Notes: a model not told the origin generated them from the letters alone. A stretch of DNA of 64,000 bases from an uncultured bacterium (GCA_963722655.1 CAVRNT010000001.1:162612-226611), one strand, 5' to 3'; positions 10,520 through 18,064 are shown, counted from the first letter of the stretch. Program-made: numbers and translations.

Positions 10520-10590
10520 TGGACCTACGGGGAATCGAACCCCGACCTCCTCCATGCCATGGAGATGTAATACCGTTTTACTATAGGCCC
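10520..10590 (-). tRNA. tRNA-Ala (anticodon GGC)
   Basis: G3:U70 pair in the acceptor stem, anticodon loop ATGGCAT, T-loop TTCGATT. Confidence 0.75.
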
Positions 10591-10591
10591 G

Positions 10592-10663
10592 TGGGCGTTA
10601 GAGGGATTGAACCTCTGACCTTTTCAATGTCAATGAAACGCTCTACCACTGAGCTAAACGCCC
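10592..10663 (-). tRNA. tRNA-Val (anticodon GAC)
   Basis: Acceptor GGGCGTT/AACGCCC, anticodon loop TTGACAT, T-loop TTCAATC. Confidence 0.8.
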
Positions 10664-10732
10664 GCTGACACACAATATATCAGGAGATTTGTTGCGAGAC
10701 AAGGCGATTTACATTATAAATAAGACGCCCTC

Positions 10733-10804
10733 GCCCTCGTAGCTCAACGGATAGAGCTATTCCGTCCTAAGGAAGAGATGGGGGTTCAATTCCCTCCGAG
10801 GGCA
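10733..10804 (+). tRNA. tRNA-Arg (anticodon CCT)
   Basis: Acceptor GCCCTCG/CGAGGGC, anticodon loop GTCCTAA, T-loop TTCAATT. Confidence 0.75.
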
Positions 10805-10814
10805 CAGAGCAAGT

Positions 10815-10904
10815 GGAGGGTTCGCATAGTGGTCTAGTGCGGCGCACTCGAAATGCGCTTGGGGAGAAATCCCCTCACAGGTTCGAATCCTGTACCCTCC
10901 GCCA
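10815..10904 (+). tRNA. tRNA-Ser (anticodon CGA), long variable arm, CCA encoded
   Basis: Acceptor GGAGGGT/ACCCTCC, anticodon loop CTCGAAA, T-loop GTTCGAATC. Confidence 0.8.
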
Positions 10905-11250
10905 GACAGTTTCTTTTATCGCCCTACCGTCTCAGCTGAGGCAGTAGCACGACCGGGACAGCTACCTGAACGTGGTAAAATAAACACACGAGAACTTGTC
11001 ACAAAAATGTTTAGCCCCACCAAACTCAATAGTAGAGGTTTTAACGCAAAAGCCACTCTACCTTACGGCTGTAAGACCTTAAACATAAAATCTGCCATGC
11101 AGGATTTCCTGGATTTTTTAACATTTATTGACACCAGGTTGGTAGAGAAAAAACCCTTCATAAAGGCCGCCATGTCCTGCGGCGTCTTCAAATTGGCAAC
11201 CTTTCGCTGATATTCTTCGTACGTTGGTATCTTCATGTGTTTGTATTGTT

Positions 11251-11335
11251 TGTTGGTTTGTTTTTTCGACTTGCGGCGGGCGGGTTTCGATTGGGAGGCG
11301 GCGAGGGGTATGGTAGCGGAAGAGGTTAGGTTTTT
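11251..11335. repeat. direct repeat copy A (~85 bp, about 85% identical to 13380..13460)
   Basis: Shared core gttttttcgacttgcgg(c)gggcgggt...gggaggcggcgaggggtatggtagcgga(a/g)gag read in both places. Confidence 0.7.
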
Positions 11336-11350
11336 GGAAGGTTTCATCGT

Positions 11351-12037
11351 GTGTTAAACTGGACACAGATTATGAAACCCCGGCAAGCTCCCTTAAGCTA
11401 CATCAAGCAGTACTACGAAGCCGACATCGGTGAGTCGGAAATTCCCGAAAGCCGCTTCTATCAGAAATATCTGAGGAGGGTGAAAGGTAATAGTGTCCTT
11501 AGCGTCGCCTGCGGTCCCCAGTTCTATAACGACCTTGCGTTCTTCGGCTCTAAGCCGAAAGAATACATAGGTCTCGATATCAACAAGAACACGGTTAAGT
11601 TCCTGAAGACCTCTAGAAATAATTACCTCCTCAAAAGCAAGAAAAAGGCGAAAGGCATCAAGGCGGAGGCAATCGTTGGAAATATCCTTAAATACAACCC
11701 CAAGTTCAAGGGAAAGTTCGATTTTGTGATTGCACTGGCTGTTCTCGGAATGTTCAGGGAAAATGATTTCAGAAAAGCCGTCAAAAACATCCATTCATAC
11801 CTGAAGCTTGGAGGAATGTTCCTGGACATAGACTGGATGGATGCCGATCTTCCTAAGGGAGTCTATCTCGAGAAGGTCAAATACCGCTTTTGGACAAATA
11901 AGGGGCCGTCCGTGAAGACGCAAGGCAACATTATTAGGAACGCGGGCTTCAAGATCGTAGAATATGACCATTACTCCCCGGACAAGAAGACATACAAATG
12001 GGGCAAGATATTCGTGTATCTGGCGAGAGCAAAATAA
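11351..12037 (+). CDS. class I SAM-dependent methyltransferase-like protein
   Basis: Rossmann-like motif I region (VLSVACGPQFY ... GLDIN), lower GC than the backbone. The true start may be the internal Met at 11372. Confidence 0.5.
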   Translation: MLNWTQIMKPRQAPLSYIKQYYEADIGESEIPESRFYQKYLRRVKGNSVLSVACGPQFYNDLAFFGSKPKEYIGLDINKNTVKFLKTSRNNYLLKSKKKAKGIKAEAIVGNILKYNPKFKGKFDFVIALAVLGMFRENDFRKAVKNIHSYLKLGGMFLDIDWMDADLPKGVYLEKVKYRFWTNKGPSVKTQGNIIRNAGFKIVEYDHYSPDKKTYKWGKIFVYLARAK

Positions 12038-12066
12038 ACGCAAGCAATGAAAAGGAAGTGTTTTCT

Positions 12067-12621
12067 TTATGTTTTCTCCGGCGAGTAGAGGATCTTGGCT
12101 TGATAAATCGTCCCGATGGTCTGGATGACGCCCATGATCACGAAAAGGGCGGTGAATGAGAAGTAATTGATGATTAGTCCGCCGATTAGGATTGAGACAC
12201 CGGTTATAAGCTCCTCGGTTCCGTGCTCCAGCCCCCAAATAAACCCGGCCCTCTTTTTTTCCTCATACTGGGCGTAAAGGGCGTCCCAGGTCGGGTCGGC
12301 GAGCGCAAGAGCAACACCCAAGCCCGCCTCAACGGCGAAAAGGGCTAAGGGCGTGTGGACAAGAAGGTAGCAGAACGTGAAGACGGCATTCAAGGCGTAG
12401 CCGATAATCATGAGCCTGGCGTGGCCGATCTTATCGGATATGCGGCCGACGAAAACTTCCAGTCCGCCCGTCACGAGCAGGTATATCGCCCAGGCCCAGG
12501 CGATGTCCAGCACGTTCCCGCCGATGCGCCCGGCGAAGATCGCGAAAAGAGGGCCGAAGAGGCCCTCCCCGAACCACCAGAAGCTCGCACCGCCCAAGAG
12601 TATCTTTTCTTCCCGCTTCAT
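12067..12621 (-). CDS. MFS-type transporter fragment (six-helix half only)
   Basis: Six TM helices plus the MFS loop motif GRISDKIGHARLM. 184 aa is about half a normal MFS, so a remnant or split gene. Confidence 0.45.
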   Translation of the reverse strand: MKREEKILLGGASFWWFGEGLFGPLFAIFAGRIGGNVLDIAWAWAIYLLVTGGLEVFVGRISDKIGHARLMIIGYALNAVFTFCYLLVHTPLALFAVEAGLGVALALADPTWDALYAQYEEKKRAGFIWGLEHGTEELITGVSILIGGLIINYFSFTALFVIMGVIQTIGTIYQAKILYSPEKT

Positions 12622-12702
12622 TGAATTGATTATACAGAAAAACCAATCAGCATCCTAATATAAATCTACTGGTTGGTGTAAAATGGAGTAGCAAAGACAG
12701 CG

Positions 12703-13353
12703 ATGAGACCGCGATTTTTACAGTTCAGTTGTCGGGAGGGGAACAAGCCCGATTACCGCCAGGCCAATGCCGTGTTGAAATACAAGCCGGACATTATTCT
12801 TTTTGAGATGCCAGCCGAAGGCGGCAACCCGTCGCTTATCTTCAACAGGTATAAGCCGGACAAGAAGCCGTTTACCAAAGTTGAGAAAATAAAAAAATCG
12901 TTGCGCCGTGCCGCAAAAAAATACCCGTATGCCGCTTCGGATATCCGGGTTTGGGAGAACATAGAAAAGCTCTGGCGGGAGGGACGCGAAACACTCCTAT
13001 TCAACGTAGACGCCCCGCAGGAGTTGCGCGCGCATTACCATAAAATCTACGGGGATATTCCTTACACGCAGGTACGACACGAATGGTGGTTTTGGGCTTA
13101 TCTCTTAATAAGGGAGTGCCAGATGGCGGGTCACATCGAAAATATTCTCAAACACTATCGTGTAAAGAGGAAGCCGACCGTTGCCGTGTTCCTCCAAAGC
13201 ATTCATTGGGAACACGTTAAATTCTTGCTTAGGAAACCTTCGGAGAAAGGAATTTGGCGGTACTATTTTGGCAAGTTTCCGGAAATTAGTCCCGCGAACA
13301 TTAGGGGACCGATAAAAAAGAAGGATAAAATTCTGTATAAGTATTGGAAATAA
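12703..13353 (+). CDS. hypothetical protein
   Basis: 216-aa ORF in the low-GC island, followed by the hairpin terminator at 13370. No recognisable motifs. Confidence 0.4.
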   Translation: MRPRFLQFSCREGNKPDYRQANAVLKYKPDIILFEMPAEGGNPSLIFNRYKPDKKPFTKVEKIKKSLRRAAKKYPYAASDIRVWENIEKLWREGRETLLFNVDAPQELRAHYHKIYGDIPYTQVRHEWWFWAYLLIRECQMAGHIENILKHYRVKRKPTVAVFLQSIHWEHVKFLLRKPSEKGIWRYYFGKFPEISPANIRGPIKKKDKILYKYWK

Positions 13354-13369
13354 AAAGGATAGCTTCAAA

Positions 13370-13398
13370 CTGCCCGTTTTGAGGCAGTTTTGTTTTTT
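13370..13398 (+). terminator. rho-independent terminator-like hairpin (ctgcc-cgttttgag-ggcag) followed by a T-run
   Basis: Stem-loop plus ttttgttttttcg immediately 3' of the 12703..13353 ORF. Confidence 0.55.
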
Positions 13399-13460
13399 CG
13401 ACTTGCGGGCGGGTGGGGCTGGGAGGCGGCGAGGGGTATGGTAGCGGAGGAGTGGTAAAT
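13380..13460. repeat. direct repeat copy B (partner of 11251..11335)
   Basis: See copy A. Lies just 3' of the RT stop (minus strand). The minus-strand reading encodes a 36-aa peptide whose N-terminus matches the 94-aa ORF at 11063..11347. Confidence 0.7.
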
Positions 13461-13475
13461 AGGGACAGGGTTCAT

Positions 13476-14501
13476 CTAGGAAGCCCAGAATTTGTTCAAC
13501 AGTTCCTCGCGTACCCCATAAGCATCCGCATGGGATAGGACGCCGAGGTATGACTGCATGGATTGCTCAAAATTCAGCTTGCTGATTTCCCCGGCCTCGT
13601 ATTCTTCCATTCGTTTTTCCAGCTTCCTGAACATCCGGCGCTTGGTTTTCAACCGGATAAGCCTGTGGTGAGGGAAAACGACGTATCCGAGGAAATCTAT
13701 GCCTTGACAAACGGAACTGAGTATGCTTTTATTAGGATGTAGTTTGAGAGCTAGTTCGTTTTCAAAGAATTCAGAGATGAACGGCAGAAGTCCTTCGAGA
13801 TATTTTCTGTCTTCGGAGATTATGACGAAGTCATCGGTGTAGCGAACATAATATTTCACCCGTAATTTATGTTTCACAAACTGATCAAATTCGTTCATGT
13901 AGATATTGGCGAAGAGCTGGGAGGTAAGATTCCCTATCGGGATGCCTCTCCCCGGCGCGCTTTCGTAGCTCTTCACAATGGATTCCAAAAGCCATACCGC
14001 ATCAACGTCCTTGATGCGTTTTTTGATTATGGAAAGGAGAATTTTGTGGTCCACGCTATCGAAAAACTTCCGTACGTCGCACTTCAGGACATAAGAACGG
14101 CGGGTATTGTTCCTACTCACCTTCCTTATCATATTTCCGAGAGCCTCTACTCCCTTATGGTTGCCGTATCCGACCCGGCAGGAAAAAGAGGTCGGGATGA
14201 ATGTCGGCTCGAAGATTGGGTTCAAGACAGAGAAGACGGCGTGGTGGATGATACGGTCCCGCACGGTCGCCTTGTGGATGTGTCGCGGTTTGGGATCGCT
14301 GATGTAGAAGCCTTTGTAGGGGCCGTGAATGTAGGTTTTGTTTGCAAGCTCGCGGTGAAGCTTGAAAATATTCTCCTCCAGATTCCATTCGAAATACCGG
14401 ACGTCTTTCTTGCCAGTCTTCCCGCGCCGGAATTCGTCCCAGGCCGAAAAGAGGTTTTCGGAGGAAATCATCCGTTCGAAGATATTGGCGTATGTTTTCA
14501 T
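13476..14501 (-). CDS. DGR-type reverse transcriptase
   Basis: RT motifs: N-terminal SENLFSAWDEFRRGK, IPIGNLTSQLFANIYM (the DGR-specific IGxxxSQ motif 4 rather than the group II QGxxxSP), and a YVRYTDDFVI catalytic box. 341 aa with no maturase or endonuclease domain. Confidence 0.9.
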   Translation of the reverse strand: MKTYANIFERMISSENLFSAWDEFRRGKTGKKDVRYFEWNLEENIFKLHRELANKTYIHGPYKGFYISDPKPRHIHKATVRDRIIHHAVFSVLNPIFEPTFIPTSFSCRVGYGNHKGVEALGNMIRKVSRNNTRRSYVLKCDVRKFFDSVDHKILLSIIKKRIKDVDAVWLLESIVKSYESAPGRGIPIGNLTSQLFANIYMNEFDQFVKHKLRVKYYVRYTDDFVIISEDRKYLEGLLPFISEFFENELALKLHPNKSILSSVCQGIDFLGYVVFPHHRLIRLKTKRRMFRKLEKRMEEYEAGEISKLNFEQSMQSYLGVLSHADAYGVREELLNKFWAS

Positions 14502-14515
14502 AGATTTAAAAACTA

Positions 14516-14863
14516 ATGGACGACTTCGACATCCCCATCTTCAAAAAGACCTACGACCTCTACAAGACCTTTTACGAATATCGGAATCTCGTCCCAAAGC
14601 TGGACCGGCACACGATCTGGCAGAAATCGGAAGACCTGATACTCGGCATCCTCGAGGGGATTCTCACGGCGAGCAAACTGTATAAGGCGGCTAAGGCGCC
14701 AGTTCTTGAAAATGCGAGCGTCAAACTGAATCTCCTGCGCGTTTTCGTACGTCTCATGAAAGAGGTGAAAACTATCGACAATAAGAAGTACGCGGCGCTG
14801 GAAGAGATGATCGATGAGATTGGCCGGATGCTCGGTGGGTGGATCAAGTCAGCGAAAGAGTGA
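14516..14863 (+). CDS. avd: Avd-like accessory variability determinant (four-helix bundle)
   Basis: 115-aa basic helical protein. C-terminus EEMIDEIGRMLGGWIKSAKE closely matches the Bordetella phage bAvd C-terminus (AEVGRILGSWIARV, recalled from memory). Confidence 0.8.
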   Translation: MDDFDIPIFKKTYDLYKTFYEYRNLVPKLDRHTIWQKSEDLILGILEGILTASKLYKAAKAPVLENASVKLNLLRVFVRLMKEVKTIDNKKYAALEEMIDEIGRMLGGWIKSAKE

Positions 14864-14877
14864 GCGATGGAACAATG

Positions 14878-14895
14878 CCCCGGTATAAGCCGGGG
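14878..14895. terminator. GC hairpin ccccgg-tataag-ccgggg between the avd stop and the TR
   Basis: Perfect 6-bp GC stem. Possible avd terminator or part of the TR RNA 3' structure. Confidence 0.4.
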
Positions 14896-14921
14896 CATTC
14901 CCATTCATTGAAGAGTAACTT

Positions 14922-15048
14922 CGGGACGAAACCCGAGGCCGAACCATAGTTGTCGTTGGCATTGCTGACCCAGTTCGTGTCGAGCTTGACCTTGCCGTCG
15001 TTGAAGTTGAAGTTCGGGGCCTTGGAGAAATCGCCATCGGCATCGGGA
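14922..15048 (-). repeat. DGR template repeat (TR), sense on minus strand
   Basis: 127 bp homologous to the 3' ends of both target genes. Its translation in the target frame is NDGKVKLDTNWVSNANDNYGSASGFVPK, with Asn (AAC) at the variable positions. All TR/VR mismatches fall on TR adenines. Confidence 0.85.
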
Positions 15049-15432
15049 ATCATTGCTCTCGCCCGTCCGTGTCACCGGAAATCGAGGTTTGCCGCTCAAA
15101 AAGGAGCTTATATCCTCTCAATCCTGAATTTTATCCGGCAGCATCCTTTTTAGGGGAATCTGCACTAGACAAGAGCAAGCAGTGATCTCCTCAACACAAC
15201 GCGCTCTTAGAAACCTTGGTCGCTAAGATTCCGGTTGCTTTTCTCTTCCTTGAAGAGAGAGTTCGGTGGCGGCAATCCGTGGACGGCCGTGCATGAACCT
15301 AATCTCATCTTGAATTATACAAAAATAAAGAGGTTGTCCACAATGAAGCGGATAACCTCTCAAAAATGACGGACGAAAGGATCAAAAATGAAATATCAAA
15401 AGATCCAAGCGTTCAATGTGCAACGTTCAGCA

Positions 15433-16341
15433 TCACTGCGGGACGAAACCCGAGGCCGAACCAAAGTAGTCGCCGGCATAGCCGACCCAGCTCGCGCCGA
15501 GCCCGACCCTGCCGTCGCGGAAGTCGAAGCCCGGGGCCCTGGAGAAAACGCCAACGGCAACGGGAGAGAATTCATCGCCCGGGCAATCAACATCCAACTC
15601 CTCGTAACGGACGAGGCGCTCGGGGTGAACCAGTATCTGGCATCCCGTATGGAATGCACCAAGACCAAATTCTGGTGGATCCATGACTTCCCAGGCCCTG
15701 CGAGTCGAACGGCCCGCGTGGCGCTTGCCGAACTGGAACGGGAAGATAAGGATGTCGCCCTTCTGTTTCTCGGCGATGAGTTCAAGCGCTTGAGCCGTGC
15801 GAGCGTGCTCGCGGAACCGATCCGGCAGGATTTCGCCTTCGCGATAGTTGTAGAACTTGCGCGAGGCGGCGATCTTCTCGAGGACGAGATGCGTCGCTCG
15901 GCAGTACCGTTCTTTCGGGTCTTTGACCTCCGGGAAAAACCGGGCGGCCACCGCATCAATCGAGGGAAATGCTCCCCAGCCCTCGGCCCATTCTGGAAGA
16001 GCGAGCGTCGGCAGGACCTTTTCCATGAAGTCCGTAACGTATCCGAGCGAAAGTTGGAAGATACCCGCGAGGATATCGACCTGCTTCCCGATGGGCTTCA
16101 GACCCTTGTACTCCGGAGGGTATGCGTAGCCGGAATGAACTTCCTCATCCGCATATTTGTTGGAGGTGGTGAGTTCCTCGATGATCTTTTTGAGACCATC
16201 TTGTAGTTCTCCACCCCGCTCATTGAGCATTTGAGCGCGGGCGTCGTCGAGCCCGGCTTTGTTGTAGACCGCTTCACAGAGGCCTACGCAATGGAGACCC
16301 TTCGGATCTCTGGACGTGATCAATGTCTTAGACATCGTCAT
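15433..16341 (-). CDS. DGR target protein 1 (variable C-terminal ligand-binding domain, CLec/FGE-like inferred)
   Basis: C-terminus ...DGRVGLGASWVGYAGDYFGSASGFVPQ is encoded by VR1. It is a paralog of the 16559..17440 protein. No signal peptide. Confidence 0.85.
   Translation of the reverse strand: MTMSKTLITSRDPKGLHCVGLCEAVYNKAGLDDARAQMLNERGGELQDGLKKIIEELTTSNKYADEEVHSGYAYPPEYKGLKPIGKQVDILAGIFQLSLGYVTDFMEKVLPTLALPEWAEGWGAFPSIDAVAARFFPEVKDPKERYCRATHLVLEKIAASRKFYNYREGEILPDRFREHARTAQALELIAEKQKGDILIFPFQFGKRHAGRSTRRAWEVMDPPEFGLGAFHTGCQILVHPERLVRYEELDVDCPGDEFSPVAVGVFSRAPGFDFRDGRVGLGASWVGYAGDYFGSASGFVPQ
15436..15565 (-). repeat. variable repeat VR1 (cognate to TR 14922..15048)
   Basis: About 20 substitutions relative to the TR, every one at a TR adenine (seen as T on the plus strand). 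The 3' 23 nt gggacgaaacccgaggccgaacc is identical to the TR (IMH-like). Confidence 0.85.
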
Positions 16342-16408
16342 CGTCTCCTTTCTTTGTTAGTGGATTAAATTGTTTAAGTGCACGTTCCTGAATTTCAGGA
16401 ACTTTTGG

Positions 16409-16437
16409 AGTATACCATAAGAATACTTGTATGTCAA
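16409..16437 (-). promoter_or_regulatory. sigma70-like promoter for target gene 1 (TTGACA-17 bp-TATACT)
   Basis: Read on the minus strand: tttgacatacaagtattcttatggtatact. It is followed by a 9-bp inverted repeat (gttcctgaa/attcaggaac) before the RBS AAAGGAG. Confidence 0.55.
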
Positions 16438-16445
16438 ACTAGATT

Positions 16446-16486
16446 TGAAATAAAAAGAGGGTTGCCAACAAGTGTTGGTAACCCTC
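16446..16486 (-). terminator. rho-independent terminator of target gene 2 (gagggttaccaac-actt-gttggcaaccctc + T-run)
   Basis: 12-bp stem with one mismatch, then ctttttatttc on the minus strand. Confidence 0.55.
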
Positions 16487-16558
16487 AAAAATAACGCGGA
16501 CTAAAGGAGCAAACGACCAGACGTCAAAAGATCCAAGCGTTCAATTTGCAATGTTCGA

Positions 16559-17440
16559 TCACTGCGGGACGAAACCCGAGGCCGAACCATAGTAGTCGCT
16601 GGCAGCGCTGACCCAGCGCGCGCCGAGCCCGACCCTGCCGTCGCTGAAGCGGAAGCTCGGGGCCCCGGAGAAATCGCCATCGGCATCGGGAGCGTATTCG
16701 TCTCCTCCGCAGTCGACGTGCAATTGCTCCCAGCGGACGAGCCGATTATGGGTCAGCACTCTGCATCCTTCGGCGACGCTTCCCAAGCCGAACTCGTTTT
16801 GGTCGTAGAGGACTCTGCCGCGACGGACAGATTTTCCCCTCCAACGCAATCCGGCTTGACTCGGGATGATGATGAGATCACCCGGTTGGTCCTTCTTGAT
16901 TTTTGCCTCAAGCCCGGCCGTCTTTTTCGACTGTTGCAAGCGCCCCGGCCCAAGCTGGCCGTTCCGGTAATTCACGAAGTTTTGATATTTCTTTCCCAGG
17001 GCGGCAAGCACTTGTTCCGTTGCGGCGTTGTAATTGCCGAACGCTTCCCACCACACATAGACCAGCGGGCTTTCAATCCAATCCGGCAGATTCTTTAAGC
17101 TGTCGTACCAGGCCCCTCCCTTAGTTAGAGCCCATGTTGCGTTCAATCCGGGGAAATACTCCAAAAGAATGTCGATCTGCTCTCGGATTGATTTCCGCTT
17201 GTATTCCTTGGGGTAAGTGTAGTCGGACGATTTTTCCTCATCCGCGTAGAGATACTTGATGAATATCTCCTTGCGGGAAATTCGGACTGCCGTTTGCAGC
17301 ATGTCGCCGTGCTTTAGAAGACACTGAGCTTCGTCGTTTGTGGGTTTCGGCGTAAAGAGTTCGTCCTCCATTACGACGCGACTCAGTTGCTTTTCTTGAC
17401 CATCTGTCATTGGCATGATCGATGTGGTATTCATCGTCAT
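16559..17440 (-). CDS. DGR target protein 2 (paralog of target 1)
   Basis: C-terminus ...DGRVGLGARWVSAASDYYGSASGFVPQ is encoded by VR2. The 5' UTR architecture matches target 1. Confidence 0.85.
   Translation of the reverse strand: MTMNTTSIMPMTDGQEKQLSRVVMEDELFTPKPTNDEAQCLLKHGDMLQTAVRISRKEIFIKYLYADEEKSSDYTYPKEYKRKSIREQIDILLEYFPGLNATWALTKGGAWYDSLKNLPDWIESPLVYVWWEAFGNYNAATEQVLAALGKKYQNFVNYRNGQLGPGRLQQSKKTAGLEAKIKKDQPGDLIIIPSQAGLRWRGKSVRRGRVLYDQNEFGLGSVAEGCRVLTHNRLVRWEQLHVDCGGDEYAPDADGDFSGAPSFRFSDGRVGLGARWVSAASDYYGSASGFVPQ
16562..16691 (-). repeat. variable repeat VR2
   Basis: About 19 substitutions relative to the TR, all at TR adenines. Identical 3' IMH-like block. Confidence 0.85.
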
Positions 17441-17509
17441 TGCCTCCTTTCTTTGGTTTAGTGAATATGAAGTTTTTAAGTTGCGTTCTTGGGTTTCAAG
17501 AATGCCATA

Positions 17510-17538
17510 ATATTACCATAATACGGTATAAAAGTCAA
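17510..17538 (-). promoter_or_regulatory. sigma70-like promoter for target gene 2 (TTGACT-17 bp-TAATAT)
   Basis: Minus strand: tttgacttttataccgtattatggtaatat. It is followed by an inverted repeat (gcattcttg/caagaacgc) and the RBS AAAGGAGG. Confidence 0.5.
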
Positions 17539-17779
17539 ATGTGCGTAATGTCCCAATAGCTTGGAATAGCCCCATTGTAGCGTCTCATTTGTCTCATTTG
17601 ATTCGACCGAAACCCCAGAAAGTGACACTTCCCCAATAACCGTTCCACTGTCACTTTTGTAACCTGTCACTTTCCATATAGCCCGACCCGTAGGCCTCGG
17701 AGCGGCTTTTCGGACTCGCGCTCCGAAAATGCTTACACTGATTAAAAGGAAAAAGTCCACAACCGGGGCACACCGCCAG

Positions 17780-17814
17780 TGCAAAAGAGCGACCCGTTGG
17801 GTCGCTCTTTTGCA
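17780..17814. terminator. 16-bp perfect hairpin (tgcaaaagagcgaccc-gtt-gggtcgctcttttgca) just 3' of tRNA-Gly
   Basis: Perfect inverted repeat adjacent to the tRNA 3' end. Confidence 0.45.
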
Positions 17815-17826
17815 TGCACTTTTGGG

Positions 17827-17897
17827 TGCGGGTAGGCGGAATCGGACCGCCGTCTCATCCTTGGCAAGGACGTGTTCTGCCACTAAACCATACCCGC
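17827..17897 (-). tRNA. tRNA-Gly (anticodon GCC)
   Basis: Acceptor GCGGGTA/TACCCGC, anticodon loop TTGCCAA, T-loop TCCGATT. Confidence 0.8.
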
Positions 17898-18064
17898 AGT
17901 CGTCACTCCGGAGGCGGACCGCTCGGCCCCTTCACGTAGGGGGCGCCGGTCGGTCCATGGAACGTTCCGGTGTATTTCGGCGTCGGCCAAAGCGCTAAAA
18001 CCAAATATATCATAAGGCCGAACAAGATGGCAATTAAAATCGAGTAGTGCCACGTTCTCATTTT

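Noticed and set aside
12067-12621. Stand-alone 6-TM transporter as a functional gene
   Set aside because: It is only half the length of an MFS protein and nothing continues upstream. I kept it as a probable remnant rather than asserting function.
13476-14501. Alternative reading of the RT as a group II intron or retron reverse transcriptase
   Set aside because: It carries IGxxxSQ instead of QGxxxSP and lacks a maturase/X or endonuclease domain. No intron RNA domain V/VI structure flanks it. An adjacent Avd, a TR and A-specific VRs fit a DGR.
14844-15053. 69-aa minus-strand ORF reading MIPDADGDFSKAPNFNFNDGKVKLDTNWVSNANDNYGSASGFVPK…
   Set aside because: This is the template repeat translated in the target-gene frame (Asn-rich), with no promoter or RBS. 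I treat it as non-coding TR rather than a third target.
15388-16206. 272-aa plus-strand ORF overlapping DGR target gene 1
   Set aside because: It is antisense to a gene whose C-terminus is demonstrably the VR, its sequence is Arg/Ala-rich low complexity, and it has no start context.
17476-17883. 135-aa minus-strand ORF
   Set aside because: It overlaps tRNA-Gly and its terminator hairpin, and it covers the promoter and 5' UTR of DGR target 2.
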